DNA of 64,000 nt from Octopus bimaculoides (GCF_001194135.2 NC_069002.1:14560577-14624576); one strand, 5' to 3'; shown: positions 24,706 to 38,009, numbered from the stretch's first letter. The notes: generated from the sequence alone by a model not told the origin. Numbers and translations: made by a program.

Positions 24706-25734
24706 GTAGTCTATTAAAATTCATTGCATTTTCTGAGGGAGAATTTGTTTGCTATTTCCAGCCGGTCGAATGACGAAGTAGAGTATTCGCTCGATGATTC
24801 GTCCGTATAGTTTTCGTTAGTGGAGAATCGGTACTAGGTTGGTTTTCTATCAACGAATGAGTGACTACACGAAATTGAAGTGTGTTTCGGGATCTCAAAA
24901 TTCGTCACGGCGCCAGCAGATGTCTGCATATGTTATTTGTAAACTGTAAAGTTAATTTTAAACCTTACACCATATTCAGTATCATTTTCAAGAGAACCGA
25001 TTCGTCTTAATTGTGGAGTGAACAACAAGAAAATATACCGCCAAAAGAGATTAAAAACAAAAGGAACTGATCCTTTTGAGTGATGTGAGGTCACATATGA
25101 GAGAGAGAGGGGAAAGAGAGGGAGAGAGAAAGAGAAAGAAAAAGCGAGAGAGCTTTATCTCTCATCTTACCTCAGTATAAAAGATTTAATTAACGAGAAA
25201 TATATATACACCCTCTATGTTTTTTAATACGTTCATTAAAACTGTCTGCAGAAGAACTTGGCAGATAATCACATGATCAGTTTTCAAGAAAACATTAATT
25301 TCAGTAAATTTCTAAGATATTTTTCTTTGTTGTTGTTCTCCAACAGACTCCTAGCGATTCTCTGCCACCAACCAACTTTTAAAGAATGTTATTCCTAAGT
25401 GCAAAAAATCGTGATATGAATGTGAAATTGCTTCTCTCCAAGATGATGAGATTCTATTTCTTATGTTTTTTTTATGAAATGACACATAGCATTGTTGTTG
25501 TCGTTGTTGTCGTTGTTGTCGCAAATTTCGGATTGCCAGACTTTTAATTACGAAACGAATAGGTACATAAATATGTACGTCTGCGTGTGTGCATGTGTTT
25601 GTGTGTGCGTGCGCACGCGTGTGAGGTGTGTGCGTATTTGTGTATGTATGTGCGTATTTGTGTATGTATGTGTGTATATACATATATATATATATATTAT
25701 GTAACAATATTAATAAAATAGGAGGTGGAATGTG

Positions 25735-25800
25735 TAATAGACTTTATTAGGTACAGCACATGTTTCGACCCGTTCTGGATCTCTTCAGGTGCATCAATAA
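25735..25800 (-). ncRNA. Degenerate type I hammerhead motif in a PLE-like pLTR/3' tail remnant
   Basis: Minus strand GCAC-CUGAAGA-GAUCC(AGAAC)GGGUC-GAAAC-AU-GUGC, then aataaagtctatt. Stems I and II pair; the cleavage triplet appears lost. Confidence 0.6.
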
Positions 25801-26803
25801 AAAGTCTCACTAGATATATCTTGGGTCGGCTTACGTACCGTTATATGTCCATCAAATTCGAAAATGAGTAAAAATCAAAAAGTTATTGAAACGCAAAATA
25901 TTCAAATATGAACGTGGAAAGTATACATTCTAGTTTAGAGAAAATGACGTCATCAGCTCTGACTGTTGTAACTGTTAAGAGAAAGAAAAGGAAAAAGAAG
26001 TTGAAAGGAAAGTAATCGAAACCGTACCGGTGCTTTACTCATCATCCATTTACACATTTTGTACAATTTTTCCATTATATATATATAATATGTGTGTATG
26101 TGTGTGTGTACATATATTGAATTTACCATTTTGATTTATCTTCTTAATTATCGTCATTTAAATTAGTTTACCTAAGCATTTTATCGTCTATAAATAAATA
26201 AAATGAAGCAAAATGTAAAAGTTTAATTTATTAATATAATTTCTCGTTTTTCGCGACCGAGAACTAGCACCATCGATACAATATCGGTCGGTAGGATAAG
26301 AATTTGTGAAGTTCGTTGATCTCGTAACATGGTAACTCGTAGCTTGCGGTTTAGAATTCTCCACTGTCTCTTAGCGGTGTCGCCTTCAGGCGAAAGAAAA
26401 AGAATTACCATAGACACAAACTCTATTTTATTTACTCATTAAGAAAGGAAGAAACAGACCGCTAAATTCCCTAATGTCGTTGTTGATGGAACAGAGCAGG
26501 GTCGTTAATTGGCTGTTTGACAACAGTTGGTTTTACATCAACAACCATTCTTTGGTTAATTTGTCTTTAGCTTAAACTTGTCATTAAGTTGAAGACATGG
26601 GTTGTATAGAACCGAATGTGCAATGTAACTGAATGAGTAATAAATCAGTTTGCGGTCCCGGTTTCGATCTCAACGTGCAGCACTTTGAAGGTGAAGGTTA
26701 TTTTTATGAACTTGAGTCGATGCATACTTCGTGAGTGAAACTGGGTAGATGGAAACTAGAAAAGCGGGTTGGGTGAATTGTATTCGCAATCAAAAAGGTA
26801 CAT

Positions 26804-26824
26804 CGTCGTCGTCGTCGTCGTCAT

Positions 26825-26875
<51 letters not shown>

Positions 26876-26879
26876 CAAC
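26804..26879. repeat. Compound (CGT)(CAT)(CAG)(CAA) trinucleotide array
   Basis: Direct reading. Confidence 0.95.
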
Positions 26880-27590
26880 TATTAAAACTTTAGAATATTT
26901 TCCATGAACCGCTATTTTCCGATAACTAAGAGGACGGCATGAACACTTTCATGGCATGGTATTTTGATGTGACGCGATTATTTCCAAAATCAGAGAAGCC
27001 ACCGCCACGAATTTCTTGAATGTTTCTTCTACTTTATTTTACATTTATTTCAGCCAATACTTTTAAAAGATAAATGATGACACCTGTGGAGACTAAAATG
27101 CGATGAGATCAACAGTGACTAAAACACGATGAGAACTAGGGTGACTGCTCGCTAAGATGACGTACTCAATACAAAAACCATTTCACCATATAACGTATTA
27201 ACATACTTTCATCGCTGATTTTTATCCCATTCTTGCACCGAAGAAAAGAGACGGATTCCACTGATGTTCATTTTATGCTTCCACCCCACCCTCCTTCACA
27301 CACAAAAAGGAAAATGAAAAACAGAATAATGCACTTGCATAATTTGATAAAGTTCCAAAGCCAAATTGTATTTAATTGTACTTTCGGTTTTTCCCCTTCA
27401 TTATTCGCATGTTTAACTTTCAGATATTCATCTCATTTCTGAATTCCATTTCAACCCATCCCCACCCCCAGTGATAGATTATATCTGTGAATTATGATTT
27501 GTTGCTCATTAAATCGGTTGTTTAGATTTTTTATCGATAACAATATGGCTAATTATCAAATTTAATGTCGAAAAAAGCAATTCATAGCAA

Positions 27591-27637
27591 TTCTTCTTCT
27601 TCTTCTTCTTCTTCTTCTTCTTCTTCTTCTTCTTCTT

Positions 27638-27730
<93 letters not shown>
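27591..27730. repeat. (CTT)n(ATT)n compound array
   Basis: Direct reading. Confidence 0.97.
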
Positions 27731-28749
27731 GTTCGGGGTGGAGAAACTCGCCATTTTGGGACGTGTTCTCTGTCACTCGTATGATTGGAAAACATTTATA
27801 GAATTAAAAAAAAATGAAACAAAAAAAAATCCCCCTTTCTGTTGCATGGAACATGCAGAGAGATAAACTTTCCATCGGAATTATTTTCCTCGTTTGAAGA
27901 ATTTAAAAAAAAAAAACGCTTTTATTTGTCAAAAAAATTTTTTACCACCGCAAATCATTTCGATAGCAATTTAAAACCGCAGAGAAATTACAAAAGTGTG
28001 CGCCATCATGGATGCAGAAACAAAAGTAATGATGTTGCCTATGGAGAGAAGATATCTTAGCTGTTATATCTGTGGTAGTGTCACTCAAATACTTTATGTT
28101 TCGAGGATCTAGAATGCAAAAATGTGAGAATGCAGCTAAGATCACGTGAACCAGCTACAACAGCAAGTCTCAGAAGATACTGACCCAATACCACCCACAA
28201 TAAAATTACCAGATACAGGTCTGAGGAGGACAGAAAATCCACGTCACCTCCGAGACCAATAGTTCACGTTAACTGCCTTTTTTTAGACTATACCCAAAAT
28301 GATAAAAAAGACTTTGGAACGTTTGGTCATCTGTCCCATTATTTGAGGAAGACATTTATATATTTTTGTTTAATTACTTTTCCAGGTGCTTTCTTCTGGG
28401 GGAATTAGTGAGTAGTGATACCTGGAAGTGTGCTACTAATAGAAAATACACCTAGAAGAATTTCGGAAAAAAATTGATTCAGAGAAAAAGAGATGTGCCA
28501 AAAATTATGGCAATTACAAACGCATAGTGGTGGATACTAAGATTAACACTTGGAAAAAATATACAGTAAAACATTTCCACTAGTGAACACTTTTGTAAAG
28601 GCAGATACGTGCAATTCGTCACGAGTAACTAAAACAAAAATTTATTCTGCAAATACAACAGTTTTGCTACTATCAAGAAACTAGTAACTAAAACGAAAAT
28701 TTGTTCCGCAAATGCACGTTTTACTACTATTAAGTAACAAAGAAAATGT

Positions 28750-29000
28750 CTGACATACATTGGATCTCAAGTAAAAAAAGAAAAAGAATATGGGAGAGAT
28801 GTGACACGGAGGATAGTGTTTTCTGGCTCGAGGTCAATATCTACAAATGTGCAAGGAGAAAAGCAACTTGCAACTATCTTGTCAAAAATAGAGATCACCG
28901 CAACCCACAGAACAGTTAGAAGAAATACTTGCGTCTATGAGACACAATAGGTTGCGTTGATTGAGAGGGAATATGTGGAAGTATACTCCTGGTTTATTAG
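28750..29000 (+). mobile_element. Heavily degraded LINE RT remnant (clade uncertain)
   Basis: YIGSQVKKEKEYGRDVTRRIV resembles the post-domain-7 YLG...D...RI segment of LINE RTs. No long open frame. Confidence 0.25.
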
Positions 29001-29745
29001 CGAGGGTAATTCAGAGTTGGGGTTGGTCAGAGGCCTTGTGCTTCTTTTAGGACAATATGCCTTTCTGTATTTGTACTGGGGTTTTACGATATTAGTTCAA
29101 ATCTCGCTGATGTCAAATTCGGCGTACTTCCTTTCCTGGGTCCATAAAATACAACAATACTATTGTAGAACTGAGGTCGATGATGCCGGCCCTTCCTCTC
29201 TATGTTTTGATCTTGAGGTGAAATTACAAACAATTGTTAGTAGCTTGGTATCAGACGGTGAATGATAGAATCAGTAGAGCATCGGACAAAATACCCTGCC
29301 ATGTTTGTTCCGTTTCAACGTCCTGAGTTCCAAATCAAAACAAGACAAAAGTAGCAACAAAATCTTTAACTTTGAAAATATATTATACATAAAAAGCACA
29401 ACATTATGAATAATGTGCGCGCTTTCACCGATATAACATAAGAATACTAAATATATTTCTGTAATTTTTTTGTTCATTTATGGAAACTCATAAACTAGTC
29501 TTTGCATTTCAAACTTCTATTTTGCTGTTGTTGTTGATGTTCTTCGCTCACCATTCTTCCCATCACATACAAGCAACTATTTGTATTTATTATTAAGAAA
29601 GGGAACCACAATATGTTCATTGTTTTCAAATTAATTATTTAACCCACACCTACACACACACAACCCTTTTCAGAAACAACAATGAAAACAAAAAAGCAAA
29701 TACAACAGAAATAACATCGTCGAGAAGAACAGTAACGATAACAGC

Positions 29746-29862
29746 AAGAAGAAGAAGAAGAAGAAGAAGAAGAAGAAGAAGAAGAAGAAGAAGAAGAAGA
29801 AGAAGAAGAAGAAGAAGAAGAAGAAGAAGAAGAAGAAGAAGAAGAAGAAGAAGAAGAAGAAG

Positions 29863-29898
<36 letters not shown>

Positions 29899-29904
29899 AA
29901 TAAT
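29746..29904. repeat. (AAG)n(AAC)n(AAT)n compound array
   Basis: Direct reading. Confidence 0.97.
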
Positions 29905-30382
29905 GAATTCGCCCGCGTCGTCGCCGTTTGAATATTTAACACAACAGCTGATTTTTATAAAACGCAGACGAATTAAGACTAGAAAAGATCAATATTAATT
30001 ATAAATATTATATCCTAAATTGGCAACTGTAAAGAAAAATGGAAATTTAAAAAGGAATATAATAGATGAAGATTCTGTGGCTGAAGAAAAGTTCTTTTTG
30101 TTTCTGTTTTTTCAAAAATCTTTCTTAACATATCGTTAATTGGTTGGAACAATAATTTCATCGATACCAGGCGAATAAGCTTCCAGACAAAATTTCTTTA
30201 AATGCTCCCCACCACCACATCTATACCTCAACCCACCTCTGTTTCTTTAATATCGCTGTCTTAATGTTAAACTAGAAATCTAATTATGGCGGTTTTCTTG
30301 GTTAAAGAAAGCTTTTAGTTGGATAACAATGGAGAGAAATCTTATTAAAAGGTTTGGAGACCTACAGTCTGTTTGGTGTGAA

Positions 30383-30386
<4 letters not shown>

Positions 30387-30449
<63 letters not shown>

Positions 30450-30452
30450 TGG

Positions 30453-30493
<41 letters not shown>

Positions 30494-30640
30494 TCGTCGA
30501 TAATGATGATGACGATTATCATTATTAATATTAGTATTGTTGTTGTTGTTGTTGTTATTATTATTGTTATTATCATTATTATGTTAATAGTGATGGTAGT
30601 AGTTGTGATGGTGTTTTTGATGATGACGATAATGGTATTA
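30387..30640. repeat. (AAT)/(GAT)/(GTT) compound low-complexity tract
   Basis: Direct reading. Confidence 0.9.
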
Positions 30641-31039
30641 ATGATGGGGGGTGATGGTGACTGTGGTGGTGCTTTGGTGAATTATCACAAATCTTTAAAA
30701 TCTGTAGATATTCAGCTGTTTAGTATAATATTAACATTTCTATTGATGTGGTGTGAAATTTGTAATTCTGTGTGTGTGTGAGGGTTCGTGTGTGTGTGTG
30801 TGAGGGTTCGTGTGTGTGTGCGCCCGCGTTTGTGCTTGGTGCGTGTCCGTGTGTATGCATGTTTCTGTGTATGTGAGCTTGGGTGGAATATTGATCTTTC
30901 ATCTTTTACTTTTTGCAGTCTTTGGAACGTAGCCATGTTGCGGTACTGTCTTGAAATATTCAGTCGAATAAATCGAACCCAGCCATCGTTGACTTTATCT
31001 TGTATCCGAGGATTTTTTTCTTTCTTTGCTGAACGCTTC

Positions 31040-31345
31040 CTTTATGGTGACAGTGTTGATGACTGTAGACCAATTCTTGCATATAAGAGTCGATGGCATT
31101 CGCTGCATGGCATGGCATTCGCTGCATGGCATGGCATTCGCTGCATGGCATGGAATTCGCTGCATGGCATGGCATTCGCTGCATGGAGAACGCGGCTGAT
31201 TTTCTCTTTTGTCGTTTGATTTCTTTTTTTCTTCTAGTGGCTTCAAAGGTTCTGGTTCCAATGGTAATAGAACTCCGCTTCTTGGTACGGTCTCAGGCTT
31301 GTGTCTCAAAAGATTTAGGTTCAATTCTTGTGACTTTTAGTGTTG
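31040..31345 (-). mobile_element. RTE-clade LINE ORF C-terminus, interrupted by a minisatellite
   Basis: VTRIEPKSFETQA*DRTKKRSSITIGTRTFEATRRKKEIKRQKRKSAA resembles the RTE WE..A.DR..WR..I..G...FE..R......R..RK tail, followed by a degenerate LICKN zinc-finger-like end. Confidence 0.65.
31093..31187. repeat. 19-bp minisatellite (atggcattcgctgcatggc) x5
   Basis: Units start at 31093, 31112, 31131, 31150 (one substitution) and 31169 (last base differs). Confidence 0.95.
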
Positions 31346-31423
31346 CTTTGTGTTGATACTTATACATTCTAAGAGGACAAACCCATTTTCTTTTTAAAGA
31401 GTGATGCCTATTCTGACTTTGCC

Positions 31424-31705
31424 TATTGCCGAACCGCTGTGTTATGGGACGTAAAGAAACCAACTCTGGTTTTCAGACACACAGAAAGGCACAGACACAT
31501 ACATAATTGCGGGCATATGAGTATGTACATGTATATGTAAGTGTGTATGTGTAAGGGTTTTCCACGCAGTTTCCGTCTACCAAATTCACTCAAAAGATAT
31601 TGTGCGGTTCGGAACTATAGTAGAAGACACTCCTCCAAAGTAGGATTCAATCCGAATCCACAGTGCTGCAAGGTAAGCTTCTTAATCACAAAGCATTGCT
31701 TCCAC
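31424..31705 (-). mobile_element. Degenerate SINE S2
   Basis: gccgaaccgctgtgttatgggacgtaaag, tttccgtctaccaaattcactcaaaag and cttcttaatcac match segments of 42943-43348. Confidence 0.65.
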
Positions 31706-32699
31706 CTACATTTGTGTGTGAATTTTTATTACTCTGCATTTTTATGAATTTCTAACCATATTTAACCATTAACGGCAGACATCTTGATTTGAAGTTTCAA
31801 AAATTTTACATAGAATAAGGCCATCGTCAATTGATGTTCGAGTATCTATTTCTTCAAATGCGCCTAAGCGTAAGCGGCCCTCATCATCGATGAGAAAAAG
31901 CAGACGATAATGACGAGGATTATCTCAATAGCACAGAAAAAATTGAAGCTTTAACTATTTGTACATTCTTTTGGCAACAACAATGTGGTAATCTCAAATG
32001 AATTTACGTTCATCACGGATAAAAAGGGGAGGGAATATTTTACAGCATTTTTGGATAATTGAAAATTTTATTGTGCGAGAGTCTAACAATGATTATTATT
32101 TTAAAGCGAAAACGAAGATAAACATTGCCCGTTTGGCACACACATTCCTCTAATCGTTTACTGTTGTTAAAGGCTTGAAGTCGTGCAGGAATATAAGTCA
32201 ATACCTTTTATCCCAACAGGTTGTGCTGGAGCGTCACTAAAGAATACTTATCTATTTGGAATATAGTGTGAAAGAGAAAATATGGCGGCGGTCATAAAGT
32301 TCTGATCGTTGAAAGTCGATGGAAACAAAATACTTCAAAATCACAAGAAAAATAACGAAACATTTAGCAATGATCAAATATAGTGAAAAGGATGTAGGAG
32401 ATTGCTTATATTGCTGCTAACATAGCATTTTAATATCAGTAAAATTAGAAATTGAGAAGATAAATTAACAGAAAGACCTCGACTGACAAAACATCTAGCA
32501 AGCGTCGTTAGTAGAAAGTATTTAATATTCGAGGAAGTGAACAGCTGTAAGAAATTGATAGTTTGGTAATGATCGACATGGTGATGATTATGAAGATCAT
32601 CTTTATTTTATCATCGTCATCTTCAGCAACAACATTATCATCATGATCGTTATCATCATCGACACTATTATCAGTATCATCATCAATATTATTTTCCAA

Positions 32700-32781
32700 A
32701 TGTCATCATCACCACCACCACCACCATCAACACCACCACCATCACCACCACCACCAACACCACCACCATCACCACCACTAC

Positions 32782-32825
<44 letters not shown>

Positions 32826-32830
32826 CCACC

Positions 32831-32864
<34 letters not shown>

Positions 32865-32883
32865 TCATCGTCGTCGTCGTCGT
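32700..32883. repeat. (CAC)/(CAT)/(CGT) compound array
   Basis: Direct reading. Confidence 0.95.
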
Positions 32884-33210
32884 AATTACCAGCGTCCGTA
32901 TCGCCTTCCTCATCTTCCTTTTCATCATGGCTTTCAACATCTTAAGCCGTCAAGTCCAGTTTGCTAACGCCACAAAAGAGAGACCGAAAGAGTCCCTTGA
33001 GGAATAACAATGTTGTTAGTTGTTTATTCAGAAAGATTCAAACGATTGTCACAAGAAATTAATATTTGCAATAGGGACATCTAGATAATCTCACTGATGT
33101 GATCAGGTGGTCTACATCATTACCTCTGATCTCGTTATATTTCTGAAGCTTTTGCGCCAATAACCTCTGCAATGGAACATAAACATGTATACATACATAC
33201 ATACATACAT

Positions 33211-33596
33211 TTGTTGTTGGAACTCCGTCGCTTACGACGACGAGGGTTCCAGTTGATCCGATCAACGGAACAGCCTGCTCGTGAAATTAACGTGCAAGTG
33301 GCTGAGCACTCCACAGACACGTCTACCCTTAACGTAGTTCTCGGGGATATTCAGCGTGTCACAAAGTGTGACAAGGCTGGCTCTTTGAATTACAGGCACA
33401 ACAGAAACAGGAAGTAAGAGTGAGAGAAAGTTGTGGTGAAAGAGTACAGCAGGGTTCGCCACCATCCCCTGCCGGAGCCTCATGGAGCTTTAGGTGTTTT
33501 CGCTCAATAAACACTCACAACACCCGATCTGGGAATCGAAACCGTGATTCTATGAACGCGAGTCCGCTGCCCTAACCACTGGGCCATTGCGCCTCC
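33211..33596 (-). mobile_element. Full-length tRNA-derived SINE, family S3 (probable RTE-type 3' tail)
   Basis: Head ggaggcgcaatggcccagtggttagggcagcggactcgc (A box) and ggtttcgattccc (B box); tail ggaaccctcgtcgtcgtaagcgacggagttccaacaac. The RTE-tail assignment is inference. Confidence 0.85.
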
Positions 33597-34045
33597 ACGT
33601 ACATACATACATACATACATACATACATACACATACACAGACAGACAAACAGACAGAGAGACACACGCACACACATATACACAAATATATATGTATATAC
33701 ATTTATGAATTTGTGTTGCAAGATTCTTGATGAAAAACTGTCTGTTAAAACAGATATTTTTGTTTTTCGGTTTAGTAATTAAATTTTTTTTTTTGCCAGA
33801 TAAACACACGCACTATATAGACGTTCTTCCCTCCTTTATTACCTTTCTTATTTTGACTCATGTCCATTGTACGGAAACGTTCGTCACACTTCGACAAACA
33901 ATTCAGTGACACTTTCCGTCCTTCTGTGTATGCCTGCTCCGCTTAGACCATTCTCTTATGCAGAAATGACCACCCTAAAATACAAAACGCACGCGCTCTC
34001 GCACACGCACACTCACACACACATATATATCTTTATATATATTTA

Positions 34046-34100
34046 TAGGCGCAGGAGTGGTTGCGTAGTAAGATGCTCGCTTCCTAACCACATGGTTCTG
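34046..34100 (+). mobile_element. SINE S2 head truncated by an N gap
   Basis: ggcgcaggagtggttgcgtagtaagatgctcgcttcctaaccacatggttctg. Confidence 0.75.
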
Positions 34101-34110
34101 NNNNNNNNNN

Positions 34111-34155
<45 letters not shown>

Positions 34156-34161
34156 TATATG

Positions 34162-34574
34162 ATATTTGTAAGCAATCTCAAGTCTTTGTAAGTTATGGAG
34201 AGAAAGCTACTTTGGAATACTCATAGTATAATAACTGTATAATAATGTATCATAATTATATTTTATTCTTCGATTTGGAGCGACAATGTATACAATTTAA
34301 GTATATATTAACTAAATTTGGCTGAAATTAATGGCTGAACGTTTGGCCGAATCGGATGCGCAAGGAGCCATGTTAGCGTTGATTTGTGGGTTCCATTCTG
34401 GCTGGTGCTAGCTCATTAATTTTCAATCATTTGTTTGTATTTTAAAATTGTCGCTTGACATCGGCGAATAAAATATTATTATGATATATTATTATACAAC
34501 TGTTATACGATGAGTATTCCATAATAGCTTTCTTTCCATAGCTTACAAAACGTTTGGTGTTTGTTTACAAATAT
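34162..34574. mobile_element. Foldback/MITE-like element with ~130-bp imperfect inverted arms
   Basis: 34162-34290 is the reverse complement of 34445-34574 (e.g. ttatggagagaaagctactttggaatactcatagtataa vs ttatacgatgagtattccataatagctttctttccatag). Confidence 0.75.
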
Positions 34575-36289
34575 TATGTTTAGTATTAGACAGTTTTAGT
34601 ATATATTAACTAAATTTTGCTAAAATTGACGGATGAGCCCAATTAGATGCGCAAGGAGCCATGTTAGGTTGGTTTGTGAGTTCGAACCAGGTTAGCTTAT
34701 CAATTTTCAGTCATTTGTTTGTATCTAAACATTGTCGTTTCTAATCGGAGAATAAAATATCATCATGATATATATGTGTGTGTGTGTGCGTGTGTATGTG
34801 CGTGTGTGCGCGTATGTGCGTGAGTGTGTTTGTATCTGTGTGTGTATGTACGCGTGTATGTATCTGTATCTCTCTATATAATAAAAATGAAGATGAAAAT
34901 ACACAATACACTTGAAATGATTGCTGTATCTGTTTCTTCACTACATGACTTAAATAATAATAATTGTTATCTTTCTTTCAGATAGATTCATATTTTCTGC
35001 TCTTCAAGCAGATTGCGTAATTTAATTTAAAAGTATTTTAAAATAAATTCTATTGTCCACAAATGCTGCTGTTCTATACAGCTATTCTTTACAACCAGAG
35101 GCTTCATTCACAGTAAATTTTAATTACATTTTTAATCGTAACTTACGTTTCTTAATAACTTTTTCCTGTTTATTTGTTATTGCCCTATAGTTAAATCTTG
35201 TATTTATGAATTAGAAATATGTTGAAATTAGATGAGTTCCTTTCCACACATAGTGCTACATGTGCCCTTAACAGAATATTTCGAATTTACTCATGACTAA
35301 TTTGCTGTTCGTGTACTGCCATTCGTTTGCTGAGTGACAGTCAGCTTTGTTCGATATGAACCTTTAGATAGCCACCACGTGTTAACAGATGCATGAAATG
35401 TTGACATTTGCAATGAAAACTAGCTTTTACTTTAAAGATCTTGCCCATCCTTAAACTTGAACTCTCAGTCTTAAGTTAATGAAGGAACGCAGTACACCTT
35501 GGATTCAGGAAACTTAGTTTTGAACTTTGCCTTGATGTATTTTTCAATGTTTAGCTGTTACTTTTGCTGACATTTTTCCTTTATCCTGATTTTTTTCATG
35601 AAATAGGAATGTTTTAATAACTGTGGTCAAATCAATATTTTTAGAGCTAAATGTAAATATTCATGGCAAAAGCATTCTTCTCCGTTGTAATCCTTTACGC
35701 CTTAAATTGATTAAATGTTTCGGTCTGCTGCTATCATCACAACTTTAATTTCGGCGTTCCATCTAACCCTTTGACTGCCAAATTAAATTTAACGATTATA
35801 CCTGCAATGATGGGAATTATCCACTAAAAAAAAATTAGAATTGACATTTTTCTGCCTCCGAAAGTATTTTGTCGCTTGCTCTGTAAAGAAATATTTCATG
35901 AAATATACGATAAACTTAAGAAGGTTTGAAAAATTGTCTTATGTAAGAAGTATCACTGGGGAAATGTATTCGTTTCTCGCGACACAAAACCGCTCCCTGC
36001 AGTTTAAGGAAATAAAATTTGCAAGTGGACATTTCCGCTTTCATCTTTGAAAGGGTTATTTGTCGTGATACTGCAACTGCGCCGTCCATAATGTTTTTGC
36101 GTCATGATTCGATTTTTCTTGTGCAGGCGAAAACTAATAGAATTACTTTGTGTTTCTGTTGTCTCATTCAGATCGTTTGCTTTTTGATGTAGCATTTTTT
36201 TAGATGTTTCCTACAATAAATTAACCAATAAATATTATGAGAAAAACACTAATTCAGTTCTACAGGGGTCTTCTCACCGACTCCGTCCA

Positions 36290-36460
36290 CAATCTTGGAT
36301 TCCGTGAAATAGACGTTTTCTACATTATTCTTTAACTCTTTTGATGCCATTCATTTGGCACAGGCAAGCCTTTGCTTCTGATTTCTTATTCTGGCAGCAA
36401 CCGTGTACCAGTTCTTATTTTCTTCATATTTCATTCTCTGTCGATAATACTTGATTTGGT
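36290..36460 (-). mobile_element. Tc1/mariner transposase remnant
   Basis: RNQKQRLACAK*MASKELKNNVENVYFTESKI resembles the RL.FA....W..V.FTDESK region containing the first Asp. Confidence 0.4.
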
Positions 36461-37293
36461 TTCTCTGCCGAACAGAGCTTCCATACAATATTCAACATTA
36501 AATTTACGAAAGTTTAACTGATTTTTAAGTGCGATGACCACCTATCTACTTACAATAATTTTACTTTACAACACTTTATCTCGTTGATACGGAACACAGA
36601 GCTATTTATGCCCATTTGCCATTAAATTTTTTCAACGAAAATCTATCTAATTGACTTGTCAATGTCCATTTTCACAAATATATTCATGAAAACAGTTGCA
36701 AATTGATTTTACCGTTTCTAAATATAGGAATCTCATTTTCTTTATTTAATCACGTGCTGTAGAATTATTGTTGCATTATAATACCCGAGAGATACGCCGA
36801 GATTTAGTCTAACGATTCATAAATACCAAAATATATGTAAATTTTATACAACTAATTATTGTTTGTATATTAACAAAGCAGCCTTTTAAATTTCCTTAGT
36901 TACTTTATCTTGCCTTGAGTTGCCAACTCTTTGGTGGAGCCGTACAGAAACCGTCACGACAGCCAGCTTGTCATTCATTTGTAGATCTGCCGGAGCCTAT
37001 ACCGCTCTTGGTTTGGCCAGTGACTATTTCTTCCGGATGCGGAAATAATGAAACACACAGACACACAAAAAGAGTGAAAGAAAGAGAATCTACCACAGTA
37101 CAGGACTTGTACTTTATTTATCGATTTCGAAAAGAAGGAAAGGCAAAGTTAACCTCGTTGGAGTTTGAACTCAGAACGAAAAGACCCGGCATTAAATCAG
37201 TCACCAATAAACGATACAGAAACAGCACAGTCTTCATACAACAACTGATAACTGAGGAAATTACGACTAACCACTTTTCCATCAGATGTTTTT

Positions 37294-37339
37294 AACAAAA
37301 CATTTCGGCTGATATATCCCCCAGCCTTCATCAGGTGTC
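37294..37339 (-). ncRNA. Minimal type I hammerhead ribozyme motif (mutated)
   Basis: GACAC-CUGAUGA-A-GGCUG(GGGGAUAUAU)CAGCC-GAAA-U-GUU-UUGUU. Confidence 0.6.
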
Positions 37340-37955
37340 TAGGGGAAATTTCGAACCTGGGTTCTCATTCCTAAGGTGTTTGTTTCGATGTTATTNNNNN
37401 NNNNNNNNNNNNNNNNNNNNNNNNNNNNNNNNNNNNNNNNNNNNNNNNNNNNNNNNNNNNNNNNNNNNNNNNNNNNNNNNNNNNNNNNNNNNNNNNNNNN
37501 NNNNNNNNNNNNNNNNNNNNNNNNNNNNNNNNNNNNNNNNNNNNNNNNNNNNNNNNNNNNNNNNNNNNNNNNNNNNNNNNNNNNNNNNNNNNNNNNNNNN
37601 NNNNNNNNNNNNNNNNNNNNNNNNNNNNNNNNNNNNNNNNNNNNNNNNNNNNNNNNNNNNNNNNNNNNNNNNNNNNNNNNNNNNNNNNNNNNNNNNNNNN
37701 NNNNNNNNNNNNNNNNNNNNNNNNNNNNNNNNNNNNNNNNNNNNNNNNNNNNNNNNNNNNNNNNNNNNNNNNNNNNNNNNNNNNNNNNNNNNNNNNNNNN
37801 NNNNNNNNNNNNNNNNNNNNNNNNNNNNNNNNNNNNNNNNNNNNNNNNNNNNNNNNNNNNNNNNNNNNNNNNNNNNNNNNNNNNNNNNNNNNNNNNNNNN
37901 NNNNNNNNNNNNNNNNNNNNNNNNNNNNNNNNNNNNNTTGTTGTTGTTGTTGTTG

Positions 37956-38009
<54 letters not shown>

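Noticed and set aside
28624-28734. Two diverged ~59-bp tandem units; similarly a 50-bp repeat at 41880/42176 and a 26-bp period at ~27090
   Set aside because: Real but small local duplications with no further structure.
31093-31187. CRISPR-like array
   Set aside because: The repeats are contiguous without spacers, the context is eukaryotic, and there are no cas genes.
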